In this document: piece by piece, positions 1 to 7,712 of the stretch
Layout of the letters: every line of letters begins with the position of its first letter
Numbering within the stretch: position 1 is the first letter of the stretch
From: Ignavibacteriota bacterium
GTDB lineage: Bacteria; Bacteroidota; Ignavibacteria; UBA10030; UBA6906
Direction of reading: 5' to 3'
Assembly: GCA_963801355.1 (NCBI GenBank)
Contig: CAWDEM010000002.1
Span: forward strand, 1-18,822
DNA: 18,822 nucleotides
Position numbers and translations under genes: made by a program
The notes under the pieces: model-generated
Database searches by the model: none
Seen by the model: the letters and a program-made list of their open reading frames with translations, nothing else
Told to the model about the DNA's origin: nothing

Positions 1-13
1 CACTGTTCGTACA

Positions 14-1216
14 ATGAGTCCACCTCTCACCGGTCTCCCGATCAGCAGGATGGGGAACTTCAAGATCGTTCTCCTGTTGCTCGCGTCGCTGTTCGTGATT
101 GCGTTGCTGTTCTACTCGCAGCGTCTCACGGATCAACTCCTCGCGCGCGAAGGTGAGGTTGTCGCCCTTTACGCGCGGTCGCTGGAATACGTCGCAAACA
201 ACGATCCGGCCGCGGGGGATTTGAGTTTCGCCTTCGAAGTGATCCGGACCATCGACTTCCCCATCGTGCAAACCGACGCCCGGAACAATCCGATTTACTG
301 GAAGAACATTGACGTAGATACCGCGGCACTTGCACCTCTCGACCGTGAAGCATTGTTCCGCGATTTGATTGCCACCATGGACCGGGGTCACAAGCCGATC
401 CGTGTGGCCATCAATGACACGCTCGTGTTGAACTACTTGCACTACGGGGAATCCGCCCTCATCCGCCAGTTGCGCTGGCTTCCCGTGAGTGAAATCGCAC
501 TCGCCACGATCTTCATCGTCATTGCATACCTTGGTTTCAGCACCATCAAGAGGAGCGAACAGAGCAACATCTGGGTGGGAATGGCCAAGGAAACCGCACA
601 CCAGCTTGGCACGCCCCTCTCGAGCATCATGGGGTGGATGGAACGGATGCGCGAGGATGCACAGTCCGAGCCACGCCTGGTGGATACGATCACGGAGATG
701 GAGCAGGATGTCAACCGTTTGAACAAGGTAGCTGCGCGGTTTTCCAAGATCGGTTCAAAACCAGACCTGCACGAAGAATCGTTGACGGAAGTTCTGGAGG
801 GGGTGATTAGCTACATAGGGAAGCGGATACCGAAGGCAGGCAAGAAGGTGGATCTGCTCATCGAAACGCCCGGCACGTTCATTGCACCGATCAACCGCGA
901 GTTGTTCGAGTGGGTGATTGAAAATCTGATGAAGAACGCCCTGGATGCATTGGAAGGGGCGGCGGGGAAGATTTCATTTTCGATCAGCGAGTCGGGACGG
1001 TGGACGGTTCTGGACGTCACAGACACCGGCAAGGGGATCGATCCCAAGCTTCACAAGGAGATTTTCCGTCCGGGATACAGCACAAAGAAACGCGGTTGGG
1101 GACTCGGTTTGACGCTCTCAAAGCGGATCATAGAGGAATACCACAAAGGCAGGTTGTACGTCAAGCAGAGTGCGCCGGGGATGGGAACGACGTTCAGGAT
1201 ACGGCTGCCGCGGTAG
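14..1216 (+). CDS. Membrane-bound sensor histidine kinase (HisKA + HATPase_c); no cognate response regulator adjacent in this window
   Basis: Two TM segments (IVLLLLASLFVIALLFY; IALATIFIVIAYLGF), H-box ETAHQLGTPLS, N-box ENLMKNALDA, G1 DTGKGI, F-box IFRPGYSTK, G2 GWGLGL. The start could be ATG 14 or ATG 50. Confidence 0.93.
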   Translation: MSPPLTGLPISRMGNFKIVLLLLASLFVIALLFYSQRLTDQLLAREGEVVALYARSLEYVANNDPAAGDLSFAFEVIRTIDFPIVQTDARNNPIYWKNIDVDTAALAPLDREALFRDLIATMDRGHKPIRVAINDTLVLNYLHYGESALIRQLRWLPVSEIALATIFIVIAYLGFSTIKRSEQSNIWVGMAKETAHQLGTPLSSIMGWMERMREDAQSEPRLVDTITEMEQDVNRLNKVAARFSKIGSKPDLHEESLTEVLEGVISYIGKRIPKAGKKVDLLIETPGTFIAPINRELFEWVIENLMKNALDALEGAAGKISFSISESGRWTVLDVTDTGKGIDPKLHKEIFRPGYSTKKRGWGLGLTLSKRIIEEYHKGRLYVKQSAPGMGTTFRIRLPR

Positions 1217-1375
1217 TCCTTGCGAGGAGCGCTTCTCAGCGACGAAGCAACCTCATCTTTCATTGCGCGGCCCGCGAGCCCCATTGGGGCTTCGCGGGCC
1301 GATGCATTCCTACCTGTCCTTGCGAGGCCCACTATAGTGGGCCGAAGCAACCTCACCCTTCAAGCAATCTCACCC
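1216..1375 (+). repeat. REP-like palindromic repeat cluster 1 (3 units plus a partial unit)
   Basis: Units of the form GTCCTTGCGAGG-[variable hairpin]-CGAAGCAACCTCA at 1216-1255 and 1316-1355. A degenerate unit at about 1259-1312 has a 15-bp GC hairpin (1268-1301). A partial CAAGCAATCTCACCC lies at 1361-1375. The cluster sits between convergent genes. Confidence 0.88.
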
Positions 1376-1376
1376 T

Positions 1377-2246
1377 CTAATTCAGCACCACCACCAGATA
1401 CTGGTCTCTCCAGAACTTATTCGGTTCCAGTATCTGCAAGTCCGATCCATTCTCATCAGTTGCAGTAGTAGCAAAGAGTTCCGCGTTGCGACGGGGGAGA
1501 ATTTCATCAACCGTGCCTGCAACGTGAATGGTCTGGTCTTTGGTCCTATCAAGCGGTGTGAAAACGGTCGGATCTGCAGTAGGTGCCATCACCGTTGTCG
1601 AACCGAGGAGCCCCCAGAGGAACCCGCCCTCTTCATCAATGACCCCCTTGGCTTCCAGTTCGTCTCGTGTACCGACGATGTAGAAGACCTTGTTCAACAG
1701 CTGCGTCTGCTCGGTCAACTTATTGTCCTTTTCGGCAATAGTTGCGATCTTCTCGGCAACCGTCAGCTCCAGGCCCTGCACCTTGCCCTGCAGTTGTGCA
1801 ATCGCCTGCTCGCGTTCTGAAATCGTATTGCGCAAGTTGACGATGAGCGTATCCAGTCCGGCAATCTTCACTCCCAGAGAACGTACCCTCGCCTGGAGAT
1901 TACTGATACGTGTCCGGCTGTCCTTGAGTGCCGCACCGACATCCTGGATGTTGTCAAGCAGCTGTTTCCGGCTGTCGAGATTTACCTGTTTGGCCTCTAC
2001 GCCCTGAGCGCGACGTGTGAGGGTTCCTTCCTTCACGCGTGATTTCTCGAGGTCAGTGTAGATATCATTGATCTCTTTCATGACCCCTTCGAGGTAGGCA
2101 TCCCGCTCGGTAAGAAGTTTCTGTACGGATTCCCGGTCGGACTGGACCTGCGACAACTGCTGCTGCAGGGCCTCTTCCTTTGCTTTATCCGAGCATCCAA
2201 CAACAAGCAACGAGCAAAGCGCAACGATTGCGATTGTCGTTTTCAT
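1377..2246 (-). CDS. Coiled-coil lipoprotein (289 aa), Bacteroidota-type, possibly related to Cbp1-like surface proteins
   Basis: ATG at 2246 is preceded by TAAGGAG. Signal peptide II/lipobox MKTTIAIVALCSLLVVG-C, long heptad region, and C-terminal globular domain NKVFYIVGTRDELEAKGVI...GGFLWGLLG. The ORF-track start at 2462 is a spurious extension. Confidence 0.85.
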   Translation of the reverse strand: MKTTIAIVALCSLLVVGCSDKAKEEALQQQLSQVQSDRESVQKLLTERDAYLEGVMKEINDIYTDLEKSRVKEGTLTRRAQGVEAKQVNLDSRKQLLDNIQDVGAALKDSRTRISNLQARVRSLGVKIAGLDTLIVNLRNTISEREQAIAQLQGKVQGLELTVAEKIATIAEKDNKLTEQTQLLNKVFYIVGTRDELEAKGVIDEEGGFLWGLLGSTTVMAPTADPTVFTPLDRTKDQTIHVAGTVDEILPRRNAELFATTATDENGSDLQILEPNKFWRDQYLVVVLN

Positions 2247-2480
2247 GGTATTCTCCTTATGGTGTATTCCGTTGTTCACTATGGTCAGGGGCACCGAGGG
2301 TAAAGAATTCCGCGTGCTGCCTCCCACCAGAGCCTCTCGAACTCTCCCGCACGTGGCAGCACGCTGGAATTCATTATAAACGTACGGAATGCCGGGGGAG
2401 GGTACAATCGGGGGGAGTATGTATATGCGGACTAGGGTAAATGATGTAGAGAGATAATCCACAATTTTAAGCGTGACTGA

Positions 2481-3410
2481 TTACAGTAGCTTGTCAATAA
2501 CCTCATTCTTCAAAAAAGTACTAAACTTTTTTGTGCCTCTGCCATTAAGATGATCGTTGTCCCGAAAATCATCGAATTCGAACCTGCTATCATAGAAGTA
2601 ATTGAAGCATCTGGCTGAATGCTGTTCGGCTATCCTGTTAATTGTATTGGTCATCAGTTCATAGTTACTCTTTGTTATGTGCTCGTAATATGTTTTGTAA
2701 ACTGGAGTTATGACAAAGGCAATTTTGATGTGTCTTTTGTTCAGCATGTCAGCCATTTCATTTAGTGTGCCAATATTGAAATCAAGGAGATCGTCTCTCA
2801 TAAGCCCCTCATGAAGAGCAACCCTTTGCTTCCCATTTCTATCATCAACCCTTTTCTCAATACTTGGTACTTTGTCCGGCAGAGATTGGTGGCCGTATTC
2901 ATTTATGTCCATCTGAGGAATATGGCGCAAGGTGTAGATAACTCCGAGAGGCCCATCCCACAAGAAAAGGGCACTATGCGTCCTTAAGTCGAAAACCGAT
3001 GCAGAAGCATCTGCTTGTACGGCCATATACAACGAATAGTAAGGACATCGCCACGATTCTGAAATTGAAGGGAGATCTGTTTTGAGAGAAAGATAGGAAA
3101 TTGGAAGAATTACCATTTTGACGTTCCTGCATTCGGGCAAATACTTCAACAACACTCTGTAGTCTTGGTATAGACACTGACTGGAATTGGCAAAGTTGAA
3201 AGCTTCTCGTCCAAAGAATTGCGGGTCTATTCCCAGATTCGAATATGATGAACCCATTACCAACACTTCAATTGCGTTCTTCTTCTTTTCGAAATAGTAG
3301 ATCTTGGTGCTATATGTCGTAGGTATCCTGCGTGCAAGTAGTTCGAACACGATTGCCAGTGTGACTACCGGCAAGAGCACCAACACGATTTTGAATATCA
3401 GTTTCGTCAT
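2481..3410 (-). CDS. Membrane-anchored SGNH-like acyltransferase (DltD/AlgJ-like partner of the MBOAT)
   Basis: N-terminal TM anchor, GSS nucleophile motif (VMGSSYS) and C-terminal DxxH motif (FRDNDHLN). Directly downstream of the MBOAT gene. Start is ATG 3410, or TTG 3416 overlapping the MBOAT stop. Confidence 0.75.
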   Translation of the reverse strand: MTKLIFKIVLVLLPVVTLAIVFELLARRIPTTYSTKIYYFEKKKNAIEVLVMGSSYSNLGIDPQFFGREAFNFANSSQCLYQDYRVLLKYLPECRNVKMVILPISYLSLKTDLPSISESWRCPYYSLYMAVQADASASVFDLRTHSALFLWDGPLGVIYTLRHIPQMDINEYGHQSLPDKVPSIEKRVDDRNGKQRVALHEGLMRDDLLDFNIGTLNEMADMLNKRHIKIAFVITPVYKTYYEHITKSNYELMTNTINRIAEQHSARCFNYFYDSRFEFDDFRDNDHLNGRGTKKFSTFLKNEVIDKLL

Positions 3411-3412
3411 GG

Positions 3413-4870
3413 TCAAAACTGAAAATAGATGAAGCTTTTGGGAGCAGAATACTGCGCGAGTAAGAATGTGAGCAAAATGAGAGTACTGTATACAAGATAT
3501 CTACGAGAAGCAGTCAGTCGGTTCAAATCGTTGATGCCGTCCTGTCCAAAGCATTTGGTGGCAAGGAGTACATAAGAAAAAGGTATGATTACAGCCGTAA
3601 GAAGAAGTCCAGAGTTGCCTTGTGACAGCAAAAAATCAGACCAGAGCCCTGTTTGACCACCGAGCATATTCGACAACACATACCCCGCATCTGTGAGGTT
3701 ATTTGCTCTAAACAGCACCCAAGCAAGACTCACGAGATTGAACGTCACGATTATCTGCCATGCTTTCAGGAGTTTGGTTTTTTCAATCCTCATGGCTTTA
3801 TGGAGCTTCTTCTTGTAGGGTCTGTAAAATACTGAGCATGCCAAATACACGCCATGCAGCCCGCCCCAAAGGACGAAACCCCAACTTGCACCATGCCAGA
3901 GTCCTGAAATCAGAAATGCTACAACAAGTGCTATGGCTGTGCCCCCGTTCTTCCAATCGCGCCACTCCATCTGTAGCGGCTTAAAGATGTATCCAAGAAT
4001 CCAGCGGGAAAAGGTAATATGCCATCGTCTCCAGAAATCAACTACTGATGTAGCAAGGTAGGGACTGTTGAAGTTCTGGGTCAGATTGATGTTGAAGAGC
4101 CTCGCACTTCCCAGTGCCATATCTGTATAACCGGAGAAGTCCATGAAAATCTGGAAAGCGTAGGCATAGGTCGCCAGCAATAGAGGCAGACCGGTGAAGG
4201 CGTGGACATTGTTGTAAACGGTATCAACGTATAGACCAAGGCGGTCAGCAATCACTACCTTCTTGAAAAGCCCCCAGGTAAACAACAGCATTCCAAAGCG
4301 CATGTTGTCATAGTTGAACTCATATTTGCACTTGAGCTGTGGGATCAGATCGCCTGCCCGTTCGATTGGACCTTGGAGCAATCTTGGAAAGAAAGCCAGA
4401 TACAAGAAAAAGTAACCGAAATGGCGCTCCGGCTTCCCTGTGTCGAGATAGATGTCAATGAGATATGATATAGCCTGGAAGACATAGTAGGACACTCCAA
4501 TGGCAACGAATGACTTCACCGGCTCAATGTGCGCTTCCAACGAAAGGAGGGCAGAAAGTGCTTGCAGATTCTCCGAAAGAAACTGCAGGTACTTCATGGC
4601 AACCAGCGTCACTATATTGACCGCAATACCACTCCACAACAAGGCACGCTTCGCCTTGGTTGATTCTGCGTGAGCGATCCATATCCCAAACCCGAAGGTC
4701 GTCATCGCCACCTCTGCCAACACCACAAGGAGATATGGTAAGTCCAGGGCAGCATAGAATACTATGCTTGCCGCCAGCAGGACAGCCCAACGTACGCGCT
4801 GACTTACTGAGTAGAACACCAGGTAAACGAGTGGCAGGAACAGAAAGTATTTGAGCGAGTTGAAGGGCAC
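3413..4870 (-). CDS. MBOAT family O-acyltransferase (AlgI/DltB-like)
   Basis: Motifs GVSYYVFQAISY, DFSGYTDMA, NFNSPYLATS..DFWRRWHITFS, SGLWHGA (catalytic His) and C-terminal FIYFQF; multi-TM. Likely start is GTG 4870 (xPFNS is a typical N-terminus); the track gives TTG 4894. Confidence 0.95.
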   Translation of the reverse strand: MPFNSLKYFLFLPLVYLVFYSVSQRVRWAVLLAASIVFYAALDLPYLLVVLAEVAMTTFGFGIWIAHAESTKAKRALLWSGIAVNIVTLVAMKYLQFLSENLQALSALLSLEAHIEPVKSFVAIGVSYYVFQAISYLIDIYLDTGKPERHFGYFFLYLAFFPRLLQGPIERAGDLIPQLKCKYEFNYDNMRFGMLLFTWGLFKKVVIADRLGLYVDTVYNNVHAFTGLPLLLATYAYAFQIFMDFSGYTDMALGSARLFNINLTQNFNSPYLATSVVDFWRRWHITFSRWILGYIFKPLQMEWRDWKNGGTAIALVVAFLISGLWHGASWGFVLWGGLHGVYLACSVFYRPYKKKLHKAMRIEKTKLLKAWQIIVTFNLVSLAWVLFRANNLTDAGYVLSNMLGGQTGLWSDFLLSQGNSGLLLTAVIIPFSYVLLATKCFGQDGINDLNRLTASRRYLVYSTLILLTFLLAQYSAPKSFIYFQF

Positions 4871-4883
4871 GAGTCTGTGCTGT

Positions 4884-5120
4884 TCAGGTGGCAATCCTGG
4901 CGCGGATGCTGTTCAACAGATCCCCAACATTTCTGAATGTCACGAGCTCTTTTTGAGAAAATTCAATATCGAATCTGGATTCGATCGCCACGATCAGATT
5001 GACGTGCGAAAGGGAATCCCATCCATCGATGTCGTTAGCAGTCATGTCAGGCGTAATCTTGATATCCTCGTCTTCAAACACTTCACAAAAAACCTTGTTC
5101 AGTCTTTCCAGCAGTTCCAC
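4884..5120 (-). CDS. Acyl carrier protein (DltC-like, stand-alone)
   Basis: 78 aa, acidic, with phosphopantetheine site GWDSLSHV. GTG start with a GGAGG RBS embedded in the end of the upstream ligase gene. Confidence 0.93.
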   Translation of the reverse strand: MELLERLNKVFCEVFEDEDIKITPDMTANDIDGWDSLSHVNLIVAIESRFDIEFSQKELVTFRNVGDLLNSIRARIAT

Positions 5121-5122
5121 GG

Positions 5123-6745
5123 TTAGTCCTCCAGTGTGGATAAGTCTCCGGCGTCCTGGCCCAGGTAGCGAGCCTTTAATACTCGCCGCATGATCTTGCC
5201 GCTTTGGTTTTTGGGTATGCTGTCAACAATAATGATCTCTTGCGGCGTTGCGATGGATGAGGCTCTGTTGCTGATATGAAGTCTGATTTTCACTTCGAGC
5301 TCCTTGCACCAGGTGAATTGCCTATGGAGTTGGACGAATGCGACCACCTTTTCATACAGCAGTTCATCTGGTGCACCGATCACACCGGATTCAGCAACCT
5401 CTTCGATTTCCAAAAGGGCGCTTTCGACCTCGAAGGGACTAATCAGGTGCCCGGCGGTGTTGATGACATCATCACTACGTCCTTTGAACCAGTAGTGGCC
5501 ATCATCATCTCGAACTGCTGTGTCACCGGTGTAGTAGTACCCTCCCTTGAACTTGGAGTTGTATGCTGATTCGTTGTTGAGGTAGGTGACAAACATGGAA
5601 GGCCAGCCGGTCTTGAGACAGAGGTTGCCTTGCCTGTTGTTGTCAAGCAACGCTCCATCATCGCCGATGATGGCAGGCTCAATGCCGTTCAGCGGTGTCC
5701 CCATTGAACCGGGGCGAATTTCAAGTCCTGGACGGTTGGTGACCATGATGCCGCCGGTTTCAGTCTGAAACCAAGTGTCGTAGATGTCTTTGCCGAGCGT
5801 GGTCCGTGCCCAGGTGATGACTTCGGGGTTGAGTGGTTCACCGACGCTGAATATGTGCCTGAGGGCACTCAGGTCGTAACGCCTGAAAAATGCTGCATCT
5901 TCTCGCATCAGCATGCGGAGTGCCGTCGGGGCTGAATACCAGATAGTAACAGCTTCACCCTGCAAGAGATCAAACCAACGTCTGGCATCATAGCCACCAC
6001 CATAGTGGATCTGAGTAACGCCCAGACTCCAGGGACCGATGATGCCGTATGATGTACCGGTTACCCAGCCTTGGTCTGCCGTACACCAGAAGATGTCTGA
6101 TTCATCGAGATCCAACACTTCACCTGCTGTCCTGCTCAGGTGCAGAATGCTTCGATGGACATGCAGGACACCCTTGGGCTTACCGGTGGAACCGGAAGTG
6201 TAATGAAGTACCGATGGGGTATCGGGCCCGGTCGGCAGTGCAGCAAAATCCTGAGAAGCCTCACGCATGAGTGCTGGATAGCTGAGGGTGTCTGCTGATA
6301 GGTGTTCCGGGATATCGGTAACAAGGATGTATTCCAGGGATGGAATCTGGTCTCGAACCCGTGTGATCTTCCTCAGCAGACTATTCTTTGTGACTATCCC
6401 TCTAGGTTTGGCGTCACTCAGGCGGTCCAGGATGGCGTCATCTCCAAAGTTCGAAAAGAGGGTTCCACAGACGACCTGCAGTTTCAATGCACCCAGGAAG
6501 CTGAAGAACTGTTCGGGTGTTTTAGGCAGGAAGGTGAACAGAGTATCGCCGGCCATGAAGCCGAGCGACTGCAAGGCATCTGCAAACCGGTTTGACTCAC
6601 GGTCAAGATCATTGAAGGTATAGTCGGTCCTCTCCTGATTGGCGGATATCCAGCGGAATGCAACCTTCTCCCCACGTCCCAGTTCACACTGCTGACGGGT
6701 GCAGATGTGGCCGATATTGTACTGGTTGTTCTGTATTGGGTTCAT
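5123..6745 (-). CDS. Acetate/short-chain acyl-CoA (or acyl-ACP) ligase, AcsA-like adenylate-forming enzyme
   Basis: Motifs HYTSGSTGKPKG, DTWFQTETG, YYTGD, GRSDDVI, PFEVES and PKNQSGKIMRR. Start is ATG 6745 or TTG 6769. Confidence 0.93.
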   Translation of the reverse strand: MNPIQNNQYNIGHICTRQQCELGRGEKVAFRWISANQERTDYTFNDLDRESNRFADALQSLGFMAGDTLFTFLPKTPEQFFSFLGALKLQVVCGTLFSNFGDDAILDRLSDAKPRGIVTKNSLLRKITRVRDQIPSLEYILVTDIPEHLSADTLSYPALMREASQDFAALPTGPDTPSVLHYTSGSTGKPKGVLHVHRSILHLSRTAGEVLDLDESDIFWCTADQGWVTGTSYGIIGPWSLGVTQIHYGGGYDARRWFDLLQGEAVTIWYSAPTALRMLMREDAAFFRRYDLSALRHIFSVGEPLNPEVITWARTTLGKDIYDTWFQTETGGIMVTNRPGLEIRPGSMGTPLNGIEPAIIGDDGALLDNNRQGNLCLKTGWPSMFVTYLNNESAYNSKFKGGYYYTGDTAVRDDDGHYWFKGRSDDVINTAGHLISPFEVESALLEIEEVAESGVIGAPDELLYEKVVAFVQLHRQFTWCKELEVKIRLHISNRASSIATPQEIIIVDSIPKNQSGKIMRRVLKARYLGQDAGDLSTLED

Positions 6746-6884
6746 GGCAGCATCGTGTCTTTGGAACAACGACCACCCACCATTGCGTGCGCGAATGCTG
6801 AGGCAGACTTGTCTCTTCTCAGGCCTTCGCTACTTGATGCAGGGATGATGCTTCCGGCACTGAAGGAAACAACGCCGGGAACAT

Positions 6885-6922
6885 AAAAGGAAGGGCCTCC
6901 CCATCTTTCGGACGGAAGAGGC
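6885..6922 (-). terminator. Terminator/attenuator-like hairpin in the leader of the acylation operon
   Basis: Minus strand GCCTCTTCCGTC-CGAAA-GATGGGGAGGC (11 bp with G-U pairs and one bulge) followed by CCTTCCTTTT. Confidence 0.45.
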
Positions 6923-6972
6923 TTTAGCTTTTTTTCCCCCCGCGTCTCTCCCCGAGGACGTTCTATGGAGTA

Positions 6973-7001
6973 AAGTTAGCACCGTGACTTAGCATAATCA
7001 A
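6973..7001 (-). promoter_or_regulatory. Putative sigma70-type promoter for the acylation operon
   Basis: Minus strand TTGATT (7001-6996), 17-nt spacer ending in TGC, then TAACTT (6978-6973), giving an extended -10 TGn. Confidence 0.45.
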
Positions 7002-7331
7002 GACAAATCCATGCAGAGGCTTTCAACTTGACAGGGTAACGTGAGTCCCGTCACAAGTTCGATTCAGCAGGTGTGCGTGGAGTCATCCCACTGTTAGACT
7101 GGGGGTGAATAACCGTCGCACTTTTGGGCTCTGAACCGCATTCAGGTTCGTGGATTATGAAGCATCTTCGCGCGAATTGAGGGGAGAAGTGAGGCTCCCT
7201 TGCTTTTGGTGAAGTAGCATGGTAACTTCTTCGCAAAGCTGAATAGTCTCGAATTCAGGGCAGAGTATTACGGACTTCACTGTCCCTGATCTGAGACAGC
7301 TCACGACTTCGATAACCGCTTGGAGGCAATC

Positions 7332-7604
7332 ATGAAATTGCGCGTTGGAGCATTGGGGCTGGCTCATGGTATCATGTGGGGAGTAGGGGTGTTTGTGGCA
7401 ACTCTCTTGTCCATCCAGTTTGGGCGGGGGGAAACAATTCGGACCCTTTCATTCATCTTCCCCGGATACGATTGGAATATCGGTGGGGCTTTTCTGGGAT
7501 TGTTGTGGGGCTTCGTCGATGGTTTTGTCGTTGGGGCATTGATTGCGTGGCTGTACAACACTTTCTGCAAAATGCTTTACAAATCTGAAACTTTCGTAGC
7601 GTGA
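7332..7604 (+). CDS. Small 2-3 TM membrane protein (family commonly annotated as bacteriophage holin)
   Basis: GGAGG at 7322-7326 before ATG 7332. Pattern ALGLAHGIMWG...FPGY...GAFLGLLWGFVDGFVVGALIAWLYN. Confidence 0.8.
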   Translation: MKLRVGALGLAHGIMWGVGVFVATLLSIQFGRGETIRTLSFIFPGYDWNIGGAFLGLLWGFVDGFVVGALIAWLYNTFCKMLYKSETFVA

Positions 7605-7643
7605 AGTGACAATGTTGTTTTGGGCACAGTTTCAGCAGCATTT

Positions 7644-7673
7644 GCCCCGACTTCGTGCCGGGGCCTTTTTTTT
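7644..7673 (+). terminator. Rho-independent terminator
   Basis: GCCCCG-9 nt loop-CGGGGC followed by C and 8 Ts, 40 nt after the stop at 7604, between convergent genes. Confidence 0.8.
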
Positions 7674-7712
7674 GCAGTAGCGTTACCAGTGAGAGCACAT
7701 GATTGTGGAGAA

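Noticed and set aside
1220-1468. Short ORFs across repeat cluster 1 (1000-1380, 1051-1356, 1220-1468)
   Set aside because: They are translations of REP units and overlaps of neighbouring genes with no independent coding evidence.
2247-2462. 72-codon N-terminal extension of the lipoprotein ORF
   Set aside because: A strong RBS and a lipoprotein signal peptide begin at 2246, and the extension runs through the hairpin region.
6960-6990. GGTGCTAA (minus strand) reminiscent of a SAM-I riboswitch core
   Set aside because: No ATCxAGAG, GAGGGA/GCCC or GCAACC elements are present. It is better explained as an extended -10 box.
7225-7305. CGCAAAGC motif reminiscent of a c-di-GMP-I (GEMM) riboswitch
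   Set aside because: It lacks the upstream GGCAAA-stem-GAAA tetraloop-GGG arm and the tetraloop receptor.
7320-7700. Prophage remnant suggested by the holin-like gene
   Set aside because: No endolysin, integrase, structural genes or att-like repeats occur in the window.
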